A stretch of 64,000 bases of DNA from Felis catus (GCF_018350175.1 NC_058368.1:143594001-143658000); one strand, 5' to 3'. Counted from the first letter of the stretch, positions 38,726-53,780 are shown. Translations and numbers: made by a program. The notes: a model not told the origin generated them from the sequence alone.

Positions 38726-39406
38726 CATGCTGGGTAAAAAGGGATACAGACTACACATGGCTTTTGTCCTCAAAGGTTAACCAGTAATGGTTCATGTGTA
38801 GGGTAAAGACTAGATCTTCTAGTCAGGCATTTAAGAGCTACCCCACTCTGGCTCTTTCCTCTTTCTCCAAAAAATTCCCTTCTCCCTTCCCTCCCATGTG
38901 TTCCTGCCAATGGAGTCATGCCACACGCTGCCATAATAACTACTTTTAATTCAAATTAATTCCTTTGAACATTTATTCTATCAAATTGTTCAAGAATTTT
39001 TAAACCACACCCCTGGTTGCTGGTGATTGAGGGAGAGGGTGGCATAGCCCCCCACTGTTGGCAGAGAATTTCCCTACCCCACCCCCCAACTGTGCATACC
39101 GAACTCTGTTGTCATTAACTCTGTCTGCTCTGGTGCCCAACCATGAATTCCGTCAGGGACAACGTCCATCTCTCCATCATCATATTCCCAGCACCTGGCT
39201 AGGCCCTGGTGCACAGAGTTTGTGTTGGACAAGGAGACTGGGTCATAGCCCTTACTTCTTAGGTCTTATCATCTGAGGAAAGCAACCCCCTCTCCCCCCC
39301 AGAATGAAGACTACCCTTCCCTGGCCCTACTATTCACCTGGCAGCAACTCGTGAATCCAGACAGGCACACTGGGGAAATAACAGAGTTTTAAGCTCATAT
39401 CATCAT

Positions 39407-39872
39407 TGTGATGGTTAATTTGATGTGGCGGTCTGTCTGGGCAAAGGGAGGCCAGAGAGCTGGTGTATCTGTAAGGGTATTTCTGGAGGAGATTAGCTTT
39501 TAAATCGGTAGACAGAGTGAAGAAGATAGCCCTCACCAACATAAGTGGGCATCATCTAATTCATTGAGGGCTTTAATAGAACAAAAAACAGATAAAGAAA
39601 AAGTTGCTCTCTCTGTTTGAACTAAGACATCCATCTCCTCCTGCCCTTGGACACTGATGCTCCTTGTTCTCAAGCGTTTGGACTCATACTGAATTATACC
39701 CCTGGCTTTCTTGGTTCTCCAGCTTGAAGACAGTAGATCATGAGACTTCTTAGAGTCCATAATTGCATGAGCAAATTCCTATAATAAATCTCATCTCTGT
39801 CTCTATCTGTATATGTATCTATATCTATCTAATCTGTTGGTTCTATTTCTCTGGAGAACCCTGACTAATACA
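39407..39872 (+). mobile_element. MLT2 (ERVL) solo LTR
   Basis: Starts tgtgatggttaattt, ends ctctggagaaccctgactaataca; 5-bp TSD atcat/aacat. Confidence 0.92.
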
Positions 39873-42512
39873 AACATAATCTTGGAGAAGCTGTTGGGGT
39901 GCCCATTCACACATTAAAGAACTTGGAATATTTCTCTCCTGTGTAAAGAGGGCAGTTTTCAGGCCCATGTGGCCTGGCCACTGGCATGTGACTTTCATCT
40001 ACTAGTCTGTTCCCTGGAACAGCATGTTCTATGGCTCGTTTTGATCTGGCACAGTCAGATCCCCTCCCCACAGACCCTGGCCATGAACTAGCAGCCATTC
40101 TAAGGACTCAACGGGCTCTGCTTTCACCCCACCAACACAATGCCCAGCCAAGTCCTCTTAGACCTGCAATGTCCTCAGCAGTTTGAAATCTCCTCAAACC
40201 AGTGGAAGGTTTATTAGGTATATATTTACAGAAGAAGCTGAGTTAGCAGCTTTATGTGGCAGAAAGGTTAATAGGGAGGCTTTCTGGTGGTAGCACTCTG
40301 CCTCTTCTCTATTGGTCTAAGCAGTTCAGCTCTGACCCCAACTTGCATGCTCTTCTCAGGTAAACAAAAGCCATGTATGACTTACTTGAACAAGCCCCAT
40401 AGTTTCAACATGAAGCAGCTCATCGAATGAGTCCTTCCAACTCTCTCCCTGTAAAGATTTCTGGTAAATACAATTTTTTCCATCCTGTCCCATTTACAGA
40501 AATGTCCTGGCATTCCTTATGAATTGCTGCCATGCCCCTAACCTAAATCTCATCTCAAACAGTTCCGCCTCTACCCCGCAGCTACCCGGCTCCTTTATGT
40601 CTCCTGTTCCCAGCCCAGCCCCAAGCGAGATTGTGGTCGTCTGCCTCTCGGTTGCTGCCTTAGGATATTGATGGGAAACAGCATCGAGTGACTGCGTTTC
40701 ATGCCTCTTGGCCTCCAAAGAAGCAAATTAGGGTTTTAAATAAGATGAACTAGGCTTGAGTGGGAGTGGGAAGACCGCCAATTACCATCTCTTAATTCAA
40801 GGTTGCTAGCAAAAAGGCTTGAACTATTTCTACTTTTAAACAAAGTGAAAATTTGATGTTAATTCTGACCTAAAAATGTGGGTCTTGGAGGGGAGAGAGA
40901 CAAAGAAAGGAGATGCTTTCCTCCTCTGATTTCAACTGGGAATTGTGTTAAATCCAGCCCTCCAAGGTGCTGGGGTGGGAGGGCTTTTTCTGATTTGCAA
41001 TAGACTCCAAGCCACCGTGGGCCCACCAAACCCAGGTGCACTCTGTTGCTTTCTGTAGCCACCAAAGCTACAGACTTTCCCGCTCCAACTTCCAGCAGCT
41101 TTCCCCAGTTTTACCCACCAAGACTCAAAAATTGCGGACAGAAGTTATTTTCCGGTTTCTTTACATTTAACTGATTACATTGTTCACGTTACAACACCTG
41201 CAAATACCTGAGAGAGTCCCAGTCTATTCCAATTTTCTCATCATTAGCATTTTTAGCTTCCCACATCTGCTAATAAGAACAGAGCTGTGGGTTGAGGTAA
41301 TCCCTTCCGAAACTAAATTATTTTGTGTATGCAGTAACCATTCTGGGATTATGGCTACACTCCACTGACATAACAGACGCATAAAGATGATGAATAGAAG
41401 TTGCAGGCTTTGCAACCACAGAAGATAATTCTGGCTTATCCTTGTCTCCAAGCAAGCTGTACATTCTTTAATATCTGAATTTTAAAAGCGAGGACCAAGA
41501 TGGTGGAGAATTTTTTAATGACTTAACGCATTTAGTATAAGTACCGCTCTATGAATCATTGTGCTGGTAGGAGCAGGAAGAAGGGGGAGGTGGATAAGAG
41601 AAAACAGTGGAGTAGGTGGCACAGAAAGAGGAACACGTGGGCTGTTCCAGACTGTTTCAGGCAAGCGCCTGAGATGGGGTGCCTCCCTCTCAAACCACCC
41701 TGAATTTTCATCACAGTGAGTGATGAAACACCCCTCACCACCACACCCTCACCTCCCCACAGAGATTGCAGACTTCCTTTGGGGTGGGGGGGGGTCTTCT
41801 GTCTTCTCGCTTGCCAGGAGCTCACGAAATAATATACCTTTCAACCCAAGTCCTGCAGGGGTAGGCACCTAGCAGAGGGAAGGCGGGAGTAGTGACTCAT
41901 CTGTGATGAAATTTTCACAAGTCTAGAGTGATATGAGAAAAACAAGGATAATTATATACATATATATAATTATAATCATATGTATGTGATGGTGTAAGAT
42001 TACTAACTCATTTGGGGGGAAAGACTGTTCATTATATGGAGATTATGCATTTAGCACTCATTTGGGGTCAAAAAGTCCTATTATGAAAAATGTATGACAG
42101 AAGATGCTAGGATTTTTGTGTTTGGTTTTGATTAATCTGTCATTTGGCAAAATTAAAAGCTGACTATCCTGTGTATGTCTCCCACCCTCCCACTTCTTTT
42201 TAAAATTTTACCAATTTGGGAAATTATAGTTCTGAGAAACCACTGGCCCGGAGCTCCACGGCCAGCCTTGAGCCCCACCATGGGTACCAGCACCCAAATG
42301 CCCTCCCAGCTTGCTTGAAAGGCATGATTCCCATTGCCTTCAAGGTCAGTGCATTGAGTTCAAAGCCAGGAGTCGGTGAATGTGGGATGTTGCCTAGTGC
42401 CCCTTACTGTCTTTGCTTTGTTCACTCCATGTGAATGAATCTTTTCTTTTGGGTCCTCTCCAACTCCTCAGGGTCTCCTCCCAAGCTGAAGACAGCATTA
42501 AAAAGTCAGAGA

Positions 42513-42715
42513 GGGGTGCCTGGGCGGCTCAGTCGGTTGAGTGTCCGACTTCAGCTCAGGTCAGGATTTCATGGTTCCTGGATTTGAGCCCCACGTCAGG
42601 CTCTGTGCTGACGGCTCAGAGCCTGGAGCCTGCTTCAGATTCTGTCTCTGGCTCTCTCTGCCCCTCCCCCACTTGTACTCTGTCTGTCTCTAAAATAAAT
42701 AAAGCTTAAAAAAAA
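42513..42715 (+). mobile_element. Can-SINE
   Basis: ggggtgcctgggcggctcagtcggttgag...ctaaaataaataaag. Confidence 0.95.
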
Positions 42716-44169
42716 TTTTTAAAGATAGATTTTCCTTTCTTTCACTCCCACACGCCTGTGTTGCTCCAGCAGGCAGACCCGTGAACCTTGCATAAGGGGA
42801 TGGGGGTGTTTGTGGATAATTATTAATAAATGACAACAGGCACCTCTCAGGAATCCCTCAGGATATGGAGAGGTGACACAGCCTAGTGTTGCTGTTTATA
42901 TGAGTGAAGGTGTACTTCCCACACCAAAACTTGTGACATGTTTACAGACAAATAAATCCAACTCAAGCGGCACATCTGTCGTCAGAGCTTTCCGCAGCTG
43001 TGCTATGATAGGGGCGCAGTCCTCTCCTGCTTCTGTGCCACCCCCAGGAGAAGCTGAGTGTCTCGAGGTTCAGTGGCAGCATTTGTGAATGGATGTCACT
43101 CCATTGGTGGGGGAGGGAACAGCACAGAGGGGACAGGGCCTAGCAGAGAATGAGTGACTTATGCAATGGGGATTTGGGTCTGATTTCTGGTTCTGTCACT
43201 TTCTGGCTTAGGGTCTAGGGGCTCCTTGATTCCAAACAAGTGAAGCCAAGCTCAAACAAGATTGAGATGCAGGGGTGTCTCATGGGATCCACGAGTGGGA
43301 TGGCAGCTGAGCCTCAAGAAGGAGACTCATCAGAAGCCAACAAGAAAGAGCAGGTTCACTCTTGGCTTTTCCTCACTGCCTCCCTCTGCGCCTGGCTCAG
43401 CAGCTCCTGCCCATGAAGTGGGCAGGAGACCACTGCCTCACAGCCCCTGGGTTTACACATTGTAGGTCCAGACACTGGATTGTGACTGTCAGCCCCAAAC
43501 CCAGTTTCCTGGGGGAGTCACCCCATTGGCTTAGCCCGGGATGGCTTTCCACTCCTGCTCCGGAAAGCAACAACATGGGGCCAACAGCGCTGCTGAGGCC
43601 CAGATGAGTTTGCTAGGAAGGCTGTGTCACTGTTAGCAGGGCAGAGATCTGAAGTGTGTCTAACACTGGCCAAGGATCAGCCTCGGAAGAGCCTGCATCC
43701 CTCTCTGTAAAATGGAGCTGTGGAAGTGGCCTATTTCCATATATTCCTGAAAAACAAACACCTTTTCATGGACTAAGAAAACACTCGGTAATATTAATTT
43801 AATGTCTCTTATGATAAATTCTTTTATTCTTATCCTTTGAAACGTTGGAAAATATAAGAATAGATAGGTCTGAGATCAGGCAGGAGTATGGCAAAGAGTG
43901 AGTGACTGTTTCCAGATCCTAGGAATTGCCAAAAATAGTGACAGTCCAAAGCTACAGAAAATATTTTTAAATTATCTTTTTCTCATTATAGAAGAGCACA
44001 TTCTTATTATAAAGCATCCAAATAATACAGGAATGTATTCAACAATAAGTAAAATATCCCCCATGATCCACTCTTGCCCCCAACCTGAAAAATCCCAGAA
44101 CAACATCGCTACAGTTTAGTTAATCCTCCTAGGTGGTTTTTATGCATGTTCGCTTACGTGCATGGACTT

Positions 44170-44170
<1 letters not shown>

Positions 44171-44212
<42 letters not shown>

Positions 44213-44236
44213 ACACACTCACATGCACACACACAC
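44171..44236. repeat. (CA)n microsatellite
   Basis: Directly visible. Confidence 0.95.
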
Positions 44237-47200
44237 GCTCTGACTCAGGTTTGTTGCTTTTTCCTACAGGACAGAGTCCTGTGATACATATTCTTTTAAA
44301 TGTGTTTTTAATTAACCTGTCCTGCATCAATATATATAGATCTAGTATCTATAACCGCTGTGAAGTATCCCTTTATAAGGCCATACCACAAAATATCTAT
44401 TGTTAGATACTAACAGTGACCATCGAGATACGGCTAGAGAACACTGAAGCTAAAAGAAAGTTTATTCTTTTTTTTAAAACCTTCTTTATCTCTCTCCTTA
44501 GAACATTCCAAAAGCCTTTGGAAAAGAGAAGTGGCAGGAAACCCAAATAGAGGCAAAGGTAAAAATAAATGCAGTCCCTCATCGGGTAGGTAGCTGAGCC
44601 ACGGCAAGATGTCTGGCAGTGCTGGTGACCCTTATGGCACCTCAAGGGCTCAATGAATTCATGTTGAAAATATAAATGGCTGTAACTTTATCTTCAGATG
44701 TAAGAGCTCAGAATAGTATTGCGACATGTTTAAAGACATGGTTCAAATGACTAGCTGGAGGTTTCCACACAGATATCTTTATTCTGATATCCACAAATTC
44801 ATCCTAAATGCATACTCTGAGTCATACAGGCTTTAAAGAAACACAATTTTGCACTTATGGCAAGATGGGGTTTCTCTCCACCTGCCATCTCATCCTGGAA
44901 ATAGAGCACTTATTCAGTTTTCCTCTGGTGCCTTGTCCTTATCAAACCAAGATAACAGAAGAGGTCTTCGGTAAGACCTGTTAAAATGTCCGGTTTGTAT
45001 TGCCAGTCAGCAAAAGGTCATCTGAAAAGTCCCCTGTCAGTGTCATTAATCAGGAGGAGAAGAGCCCAGGCTGGACCTCCTGAGTTTGAAACACTTGTAT
45101 GGGAAAGTGCTTTTCTTTTTTTCCTGTTGATAACTCCTAAGCCTTTTTGATTTTTGGCCAGATGCTTGTCAACAAGAGATAAGTGTGTGGGGGATCTTAG
45201 AAGGAGGATGGGCAATTATGGGGGCAGAATTGAGGCATACGCTGGAACTGCCTGTCTAGCCTATGCTTAGCACACGTGCCTCTCCTTCCTCCTCAGAAGG
45301 ACAGACAACCACCCAGGTGGTCATGGAACCAAGCCAGTGTGCTCAGAGGCAGACACATTTCTGATGACCTGTATGAGGGGGGATCGAGTAAGGAATTGCC
45401 TGCTTTCCATTAAACACAACCACGATGACTGGTGTCTGATGATAGGTGAAGGACTGTGCCAATTCTGGGCTGCCGGAATGAAGGAGATGCCATCCTTGGC
45501 CTCCAGGAGCTTACAGGAGGGGCCCAGATGTAATACAGACGGAATGACCTAAATAAGTTATAACTAAATACCAGGAGAGAAAAAGAAAGAAGTAAAAGAG
45601 GCTTATAGTGAGCCTGCCACTTTGTAATACGCTTTCACATCGATATGCTTATTTAGTGGAGTTGACGTAGGAGTGCCGTTACTGGTATGGACTCTCACTC
45701 CCAGCCAGCCAAGCTCTTCTACATTCAGGCTGTATTCACTGTTCCACAACATTAACCTAACTCTGGCTTCCTTCCAGTTCCCCCCTCTGAGTCAAGTTTT
45801 AAGCCCCAACCTATTTTATTTTTTTTTTCTTCGTCTTGACTGATGCTACGCACCCCAAGACCATCTTTGGGTGTTAGGTCAAATTAAAGTCTCTATAGAC
45901 CAAGTCAGATAAAAGGATGGATAAGGATGATCCTGTGAGGGCAGAGAAGATTTCCCTCTTACCTGATGAAAAGAACTTGCAAATGGAGTCTTTTCGCCAT
46001 GCTAACCTCACATGGCAGCGTCACATGTTGCTCCCAGTGAGTAGGGATGGTCAGTGGTAGATGTGCTTAAACTCTTCAGTCCATTCATGCCCACCTCCTT
46101 CCTAGCTAACTTGGTCACTTCATACCTTTGCTGGAGTCTTTTTTAGGTTTAAGTAGCCCTGGGCTGTCTACATCCTTCAGAGCCCCCTCAGAAACAGTTT
46201 GACGGGACTCAGGTTATGGTACTGCCCTGCCTCATGGCCATGGGACTGTAGCCCTGGATAAAGTGACACATGGTGACTAAAATGACCCTTTCCATGTCCC
46301 CAGCTGTGCCTGGCACCACAACCTGTGTTTCAGTCCTGGCCTTGAAGCTCCTTTGGAAACCTTTTACAAAGGCGCTTCCTTTCACAACGAATAATTCCGG
46401 ATTTCAGGGTTGTCCTCTCAAGAACTCAGCTTCCACTTCTTGATGTGTCATAGGCTCCAATTTTCATTATTTTTTTAAACACTTTTTTCCAGATTTTGAA
46501 AAAATTTTCTGGGGGAACCGCTCCCAGAGTCCTCTGAAAACATTAGCTCCTTGGCCTTCTTTCCCCATAAAGCCTAGTCTAGGCTGTCAGATGCAGGGAC
46601 TTCATGGAAACTTTCTGGAGTTACCTCTAATCCTCTGATCTCGGAAGAAGAGGGATCCAGTAAGCAATTTCACAATGCCACAATGCCACCAGGGAGGCTG
46701 CAGACCTTGATTAAAGAAAGGTGCCTTCGGGAGAAGCAGAGAGGAGCCCCTAGAAGCCCCTACACTGTGGCCATTCCTCTTGTAGCCCTCTGTGTACTCC
46801 TACCTATCCTCATCATTCACCACCCCTCCAGCCCATTGGAGAGGGGAAGATGTCTGTAGCCCCACATTTCTGAGGTTCCATTCATGATCCATGCCCCACT
46901 GCATGCTACAGGTTATTGAATCTTAGAGCTCCGTGGAAATCTTAAACTTGAAAAATCACTTTTGGCCAGTTGGCATCCATTTTATGTCTTGGGGTTACAA
47001 CACCTCAATTTTCTTTATGGAACTGTTTCCCCCACAGTGTGTGGCTTGGTTAAAAATGTGTCAGTACGCCCTTATCTGCCTTCCCTGGGGGGTGGGCAGT
47101 GATCTGAGTGAAGCTAGTTAGACTGAATATTAACAAGTGAAATAAGGAAGGGGGAGGCCGTCAGAACTCAGGCATTCGAAAAGGACCCCACCACCACTGC

Positions 47201-47340
47201 CTGACAAGGCCACTGATTAAATCTTGCCAACTAGCCCCTGAAGCTGTCCTGGTTCCTGTCCTTTTTCAATCCTAGTTCTCTAGTCTTTGCTTCAATTCTG
47301 TAAGCTATTAGACAGCCCCATAATAGATTTTCCTTTACTT

Positions 47341-47470
47341 TTTCCTTCCTTTCCTTCCCTCCCTCACTTCCTTCCTTCCTTCCTTCCTTCCTTCCTTCCT
47401 TCCTTCCTTCCTTCCTTCCCTCCCTCGCTCTCTCCCTCCCTCCCCCCTTCCTTTCTTTCCTTTCTTCTTT
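47341..47470. repeat. (TTCC)n polypyrimidine microsatellite
   Basis: Directly visible. Confidence 0.95.
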
Positions 47471-49935
47471 GTTTTTGCTTAAGTTTGCTAAAATCAATTT
47501 TTGTTGCTTACAACCAAAGCAACTTGGCAAAGGATTTATCTGACTCCACTGCTTTATTTCATGAAGAAACTGAGGACCAGGGCAAGTCTTGCCAGAAGTC
47601 ACACAGCAGAAGAGAACAGAGCTAGACAGAGAGCTCACGTCCCCTTGGTCCCTCTCCAGGCTCTTCAGACTCCCCCAGGCTGCCTGTGTGTCTTTGGTAA
47701 CTGAGGCAGCATGCAGGACACAGGACCCCTTCCCCTCTGTGACTGGGTGATGGTGGCCCCATAGCTCTGGAAACTTCTCTGCAGCTCAGGTGCTAAAAGC
47801 TAAGAAGAATCTTTAGTGTCTCTGATATAATCCATTGTCTTCTTGATGTTTTGGGGGCGTGAGTTGCTAAATGCCTACTAAGAAAATAGCTCTACACCAG
47901 ATCTGGGGCTGAGGGGAGGCTTGAGAGGGTTATAGTATAAAGGAAAACACTATCTCAGCACCCAGAGACACACCCTCTGGGTGTGTGGCCCTCACCCTCT
48001 GCCCAGTGCTGTATTGTGGGAGTCCAGCTGCCATGATGGCTAGTAGTCCAGGAAGTGATACTTTTCAGGGTGATGGTGACATCCCTGCTCCTCTCACCTC
48101 CACAGGGTCCTTGCTTGTCCCTGCGTCTCCACTCCCAGACCCACTCTTTAAGTCAGTTCCATGTCATTTTGCACCTGGACATGTGTCAACAGCCTTCTAC
48201 AAGGCCTCTCTGCCTCCCTCTATCCCATTTTAGGAGATATTTATGAGGGTAGATCAGGTCACACTGCCCTTTCCAACCTTTAGTAGCTTCCCACACCTGT
48301 GCAAGGGTGGAAAGATTAGAATAGCAGCCACAGCCTTCCCAGCCCCTTTATCTGACCTTGATTTCTATTCAATGAGATCTCTCCCTCTCCCCCTCCCTCT
48401 CCCTCTCTTCCTCCCTCTCCCCCCTATCCCTGCCCCCCCTCTCCAGCTGTGCTTCCCAGCCTCCCTTCAGCTCCTCCTTTAGAAATACTTTCTTGTTCAC
48501 ACTCCTTGCTGCGCCCTTCCTCCTCTCGCCAGACTGCTGTCTCTTCCCTAGTGCTCCCTGCAGCGATTTGCTACTGCTTGTATTGTGGGGTTCCCACCCT
48601 GCTTTGCAGGAGCATCAGTCATGGCATACACTCTCTCGCTGGATTGTAAGTGCCTCCAAGGCAGGAACTAAGTACCCCACCCACAGTGCCTAGCACATAA
48701 TGCTCAGAAAGAATGTGTTCAATTTGTTCATTCAAAAAATATTCACTGAATATAGAACAGTAGGCGTATTAGCCTTGATTGGATGCCAGTTCTGACCGGC
48801 CCCTTCTCCCTCAAGAGATTTTTCTCCTTTTTCACCAAGAAGCTCTGGTTCTCCTCTGTCCCCTGACTTCGTTCCACCTTGTAGGTTCACATCTTGCCCT
48901 CTCCCAGCCGAATCACATTATAACATTTTGTCACACTGGCTCTCTCTGCTAGAAAGAAAGAAAACATTAGAAAGAAAGAGACACGTTACATCCACTAGGA
49001 TGTCATCTTGTTTCCAGTTTTATTGAGAAAGATGACACACACTGCTGCATGATTTGAAGGCATAGAGCGTGAGGGTTTGGCTTGCATGTATTGTGACACG
49101 ATGACCACAAGAAGTTTAGTTAGCATAGGGCATCTTCTTGATCCCCTTCTCTCTTGTTCCTCACCAAAGGTGACCGCGTTCCTGAAGTCAGTATTTATGT
49201 GCTTTACATGTACTTATCCTATATATATGATCAGTCCATTGAACCAGGAACTTGAAGAGACCTGCTGCTTCAGCAAATAAATAAAACGTGGGCGTTTGTA
49301 AGTGTGGTAGGGCAAGAAATCTCTGTATGACAATACACTGACCCCCAGATTAAAAGGGCATTAACGGCAGTGGGCCCAGAGGTTCCCTCACTCTTTGATG
49401 GCTGTGAAGACCACGTCCTTGAGAGCCTGGGGAGAGGACTCCCCTGTTACCCCCACACAACCTTGAGTGTAAACCAACACGGGTGTCATCCCAGCCTTGC
49501 TCTCCACCCACCAGCCTGGACCAGCCCTTGTAAACTGGTCTAGTTCCTTATCTTTCATCCACAATAGCAGATTAAGTTTGCATATTTTCAATTTTATATA
49601 AATAATGTGCTGTTGTCATTTATATCATTCTGCAAAGTGCCTTTTTTTTTGCTCAGCCTTATGTTTTGAAGGTTTATAACTCCATTATATCTCAAAAAAA
49701 GTATGCATATAGCAAAATTTGTATCTTCTTTTCCCGCTGAAAAACAACCCAAATTTAAAATTCTGACAATTATACAGTGAACATACTTGTACATGTATGT
49801 GTCTTTGTTACTATGTGTGTTTCTTCCTTTTCTCACTTTATACTTTATGACAGTCTGATGGGAGTGTAAAGTCCTGTCTCCTTGTGATTACAGTTTGTAT
49901 TGTTCTGTTACTAGATGGAGTCCAACCACTGAGTC

Positions 49936-50135
49936 AGGCATCTATAAACTTTTTCTGTAAAGGGCTGGATAGTTAATATTTTAGACCATTCATCCTTTAC
50001 TGCAGTACATAACCCTGCCCTAGAGGCATAGAAGCAGCCACAGACATTCATTCATAAGCTAATGTGCATGTTCTAATTAAACCGTATTTATGAAAATGGG
50101 CGGCCAGCCAGTAGGCTTTGGTTTTCTGACTTTTG
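49936..50135 (+). mobile_element. MER58A-like hAT DNA transposon remnant
   Basis: aaactttttctgtaaagggctggatagttaatattttag...gcagccacagaca (recalled consensus). Confidence 0.7.
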
Positions 50136-51532
50136 TTCAACAGACAGTCTCTGAAAGACACAAACCAGTAGAAAGATAGTCAAGATCTGAACAGGCAGTA
50201 TACAGAAGGTAATGTGCAAATGGCCAGTAAATATAAAGCAGTTCAATCTCAAGTTACCCAGAAAGTTGCGATCAAATTCCCTCCCTGACACCGCCCTAAA
50301 AAGGTACTTGTAGGACAGCAGGAGGCAGCATGCAAGTGAAACCAGTGATAAGAGCATCCTAAGACAGCTCTCCCCACACAGAATGAGGGGGTAGGCCCTG
50401 TCATTTACATACACTCAGAGCATCCAAGACCATCCTTGGCACCCTCAGATGCACGTAAAATATGTACCTCCTGCCATTCAGCAAGGCAGGAGGCAAGAAG
50501 TGCATCTGGTGAAATCACTGATGAGAGACAGAGAAAATTTCCAGACCATCCTTCCTGAAGGGTAAATTCTTTCTTTGCGAAGGGAGAATTGGACAATGGA
50601 ATAACAGCAGAGGCAAAGAGGTTTCCAGAGGACTTTCTGCTTGGTCAGCTGTAATATGTTTCCTCTGAACATTGCTGATGTCATACATTTTAAGTGACTC
50701 AAGCTTAACAAGAGTTTACCATTAGAGAAGCGTCCCACTACCCTGAAGGGTGATTAGCAGGGAAACTAATAGCTGCAGAGTTTGCAAAACTCTCCATCTT
50801 CCCTGGATTAAGTTTGCAACCTGGGAAAACACTGGAAACAGATGGTTCAAGATCATGGCTTAACGAGCAGACCTGTGAGGCACTGAATTTTTGCCCGTGG
50901 CACACTAATGGAGGAAACTGTACCCTGCCCCCCACTCCACCCCTGTGCAGTTGGGAGGACCCTGATATGATGGTTCTAACGTCAGGAACGGGCCCCAGGG
51001 GACAGGGCTTTAAAACACAGGCCTATCTCACCAATTAAGGAAGTGCTAATGCTCTTCTAACCCACCAGGGTGCTCTGAAGCCTTCCTTATCTCAAATGTC
51101 AAACAGCTCTTAGCTGGATGACAAGGCAGATGCTATGGGCCACAGCCAACTGAGGCACATAAGGAATGAACATAGGCCACCCCTATTTCCCCAAAGATCC
51201 CCAAACCATATTCCATTGCAGAAGTCACCACTGCAGGATGGTCCTCTCATCCGCACCCCATCCCCTGCCCGCAAACCGAGTGAGGGAACAAGTAGCCTGA
51301 GAAGCATAAATCTGCTAACACAGAAGGAGAGGCCTCAGCAAGGTGCGTGGCTGGCCCAGGACTCCAGTTCTCTGTGTTAGGTCAGATTCCATAATGAGCT
51401 AACTCTAGTCAAAATGCCCCCACTGTAGAGCATTTTCAGAATGATACCAACACGGGTCTCTGGGAAAGGGCAGCATTTCAGTCCTGACAACTATTTCTCA
51501 ACAACTAAGGTCTTTCTCAGAAACTGTTTTCT

Positions 51533-51533
<1 letters not shown>

Positions 51534-51604
<71 letters not shown>

Positions 51605-51787
51605 TTGACAGAGAGCACATGCTTAGGGGAGGGGCAGAGAGAGAGAGAGGGAAAGAGAGAATCCCAAGCAGGTCCCAAGCTATCAATGTGGAGCCCAACT
51701 CGGGGCTCATCCCACAAACTGTGAGGTCATGACATGAGCCAAAATCAAGAATTGGACACTTAACCAACTGAGCCACCCAGGTGCCCC
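51534..51787 (-). mobile_element. Can-SINE with a (GAAA)n tail, seen as (TTTC)n on the + strand
   Basis: 17-bp TSD tcagaaactgttttctt. Confidence 0.96.
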
Positions 51788-52083
51788 TCAGAAACTGTTT
51801 TCTTAAAGCCTCTGTGACCCAATTGGTGCCTCAGATTGTATCAGAATATAGGAACAAAGGGTTCGAAAGGTACCATTCTGACTTGGATTACACAGGCTCT
51901 TGTTCATCCCCACCTTGCTCTAAATGGGTATCCCACAAATAATATGGACATTCCCCAGAGGCAACTCCCTCTTCCCTAACAAGACCTCTCCCACTAGTGG
52001 TGCAACTGCCCAGGCTGCTGGGAATCACTCTTACTTATTCTGCTGTGAGTGAACACATTCTGCTGGGACCCCTGGGCATCAGC

Positions 52084-52097
52084 GGCCCCCTGCTGAA
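52084..52097 (-). promoter_or_regulatory. Possible CTCF-like motif
   Basis: Minus strand TCAGCAGGGGGCCG resembles the core CCASYAGRKGGCRS; motif match only. Confidence 0.25.
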
Positions 52098-53780
52098 TCT
52101 GCTGGGGTGAGGGGGGGGGTCCAGGTGGGGGGGTGTGATGCACATGCCCATATACATCTGGCTGGACCCTACCTTGTACCGAACAGTGTCTGTTCCTCTT
52201 GGGAGGGATGATTGGCCCATTCTCTGACTCTGTGTCTCGCTTTGCTACTTGGACTGAAGTACTTCTTCGCACTTGCACTCCCATGTCTCACTGAGACTTT
52301 AACGAAATCGACTCTTTCAGCTTCTCTCTGGAGCCTTTTTCTCGGTAAAGTCTCAGGGGCAGCTGACCCCAGAAAATCGAGGCATCACACCACCCTTTCC
52401 ATCCCCTCCCTCTTCTCATCCTCCATAAGCTCTCCTACCTGCCTTGCCTATGGGGCCAGTAGCAGAAGCCCTTCTGCAAACCACCTCACATGAAATGCCA
52501 CCAGCACCAGGCTGCCTTGTAGCTCACAAACAGACCTAGATATGCTAGAACATCAATTTGAGTTCAAGGTTGAAGACCCTCCTCACTCAAGGAGATGAAT
52601 CACTGCAAAAGCTCACTGGACTGAAGGGAAAGTTTGTTTGAACTGGGAAAAAGCCTACATTTCTATCCACTCATCTATTCACTGGCAAACTTTATTGTGC
52701 ATTTACACCCAGGAGGCCAGATGCCTTCACTCCTTGCACCCTGGCCCGTGGCAGACATTGCTTGCCAATCAAGTACTTCACCATGGAATCTACATGAGGC
52801 AGCATCTTCGTCAAAATTGCAGGAAATCATTACCAATCAATAGGAATTGGCCTGTGAAATAAAATCAGTGTGCTGTTTCTAACCAACTGCACATTGGTAA
52901 CATTAGATCCTGCAGATATCAAGATGAATAAAAATAAGATGCTTGCCTTTGAGCAACAGCTGGGTAGGCAGACACGGGGCACCTAACTATCAATACAGAT
53001 TTTGAGGGAGGAGAGCTGTGGCATTCAGGGTAGGCTGAACTTTGGTGGTGATATTCACATAAAAATAGTAAAATGTCACAGTGGGAAAGAGGAAATAGGG
53101 CAGGCCAGGCAGACAGAGCAGCACCATCAAAGGTAAGTGGGCATGAATGTCCACAGTGTATTGGGGAGTGTCTCACAGAGATGGATTGTAGCATACAGAG
53201 GACAAGGAGGGAAAAGCAGGTTGAAGCCCAACTTTAAAGGGCCTAAGGAGATGGAATGTCAATCAGAAGACAATGAGGAAACCCTGGAAAGTTTCTGAAA
53301 AGGGTAGTACTGATAGGATCAGATCTGTTTTGGAAAATTATTTCTGCTACCAGGATGGACGATAGATGGTGGAGACATGTGACAAGAACCAGGAGGCCCA
53401 GTTAAGAAATTAAGTTGACACACTAGGCCAGTGGTATTTGTTAGTATTTATTGAATTCCTATTTATTGAATAAATAAATGAATTAATGGTGGAGGCAGGG
53501 ATTCAAGTAGCAGGGATCCAGGCCCCAACCTTGCTTCAACTCTCTTTTGTTTATAAATTGGATTTCCATATAGATTTTGCTTGAAATCTTATTCTGTGAT
53601 TTTTTTTTTTAAGTCTGAAAGCCATGCTCAGAGCAGGAGGTCATGGCAGCATCCATGAAAGAAGAGGTATAAAAGGCAGTTTAAGAGAGATTTCCTAGAG
53701 CACAGGAAGGAGGTGGTGACAGGATAGGAATATGATTTTTGTTTTTTGTTTTGTTTTGCTTTCAAGAACAGAATAACATA

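Noticed and set aside
47231..47638. 135-aa ORF with KEGR repeats
   Set aside because: Translation of a (TTCC)n microsatellite.
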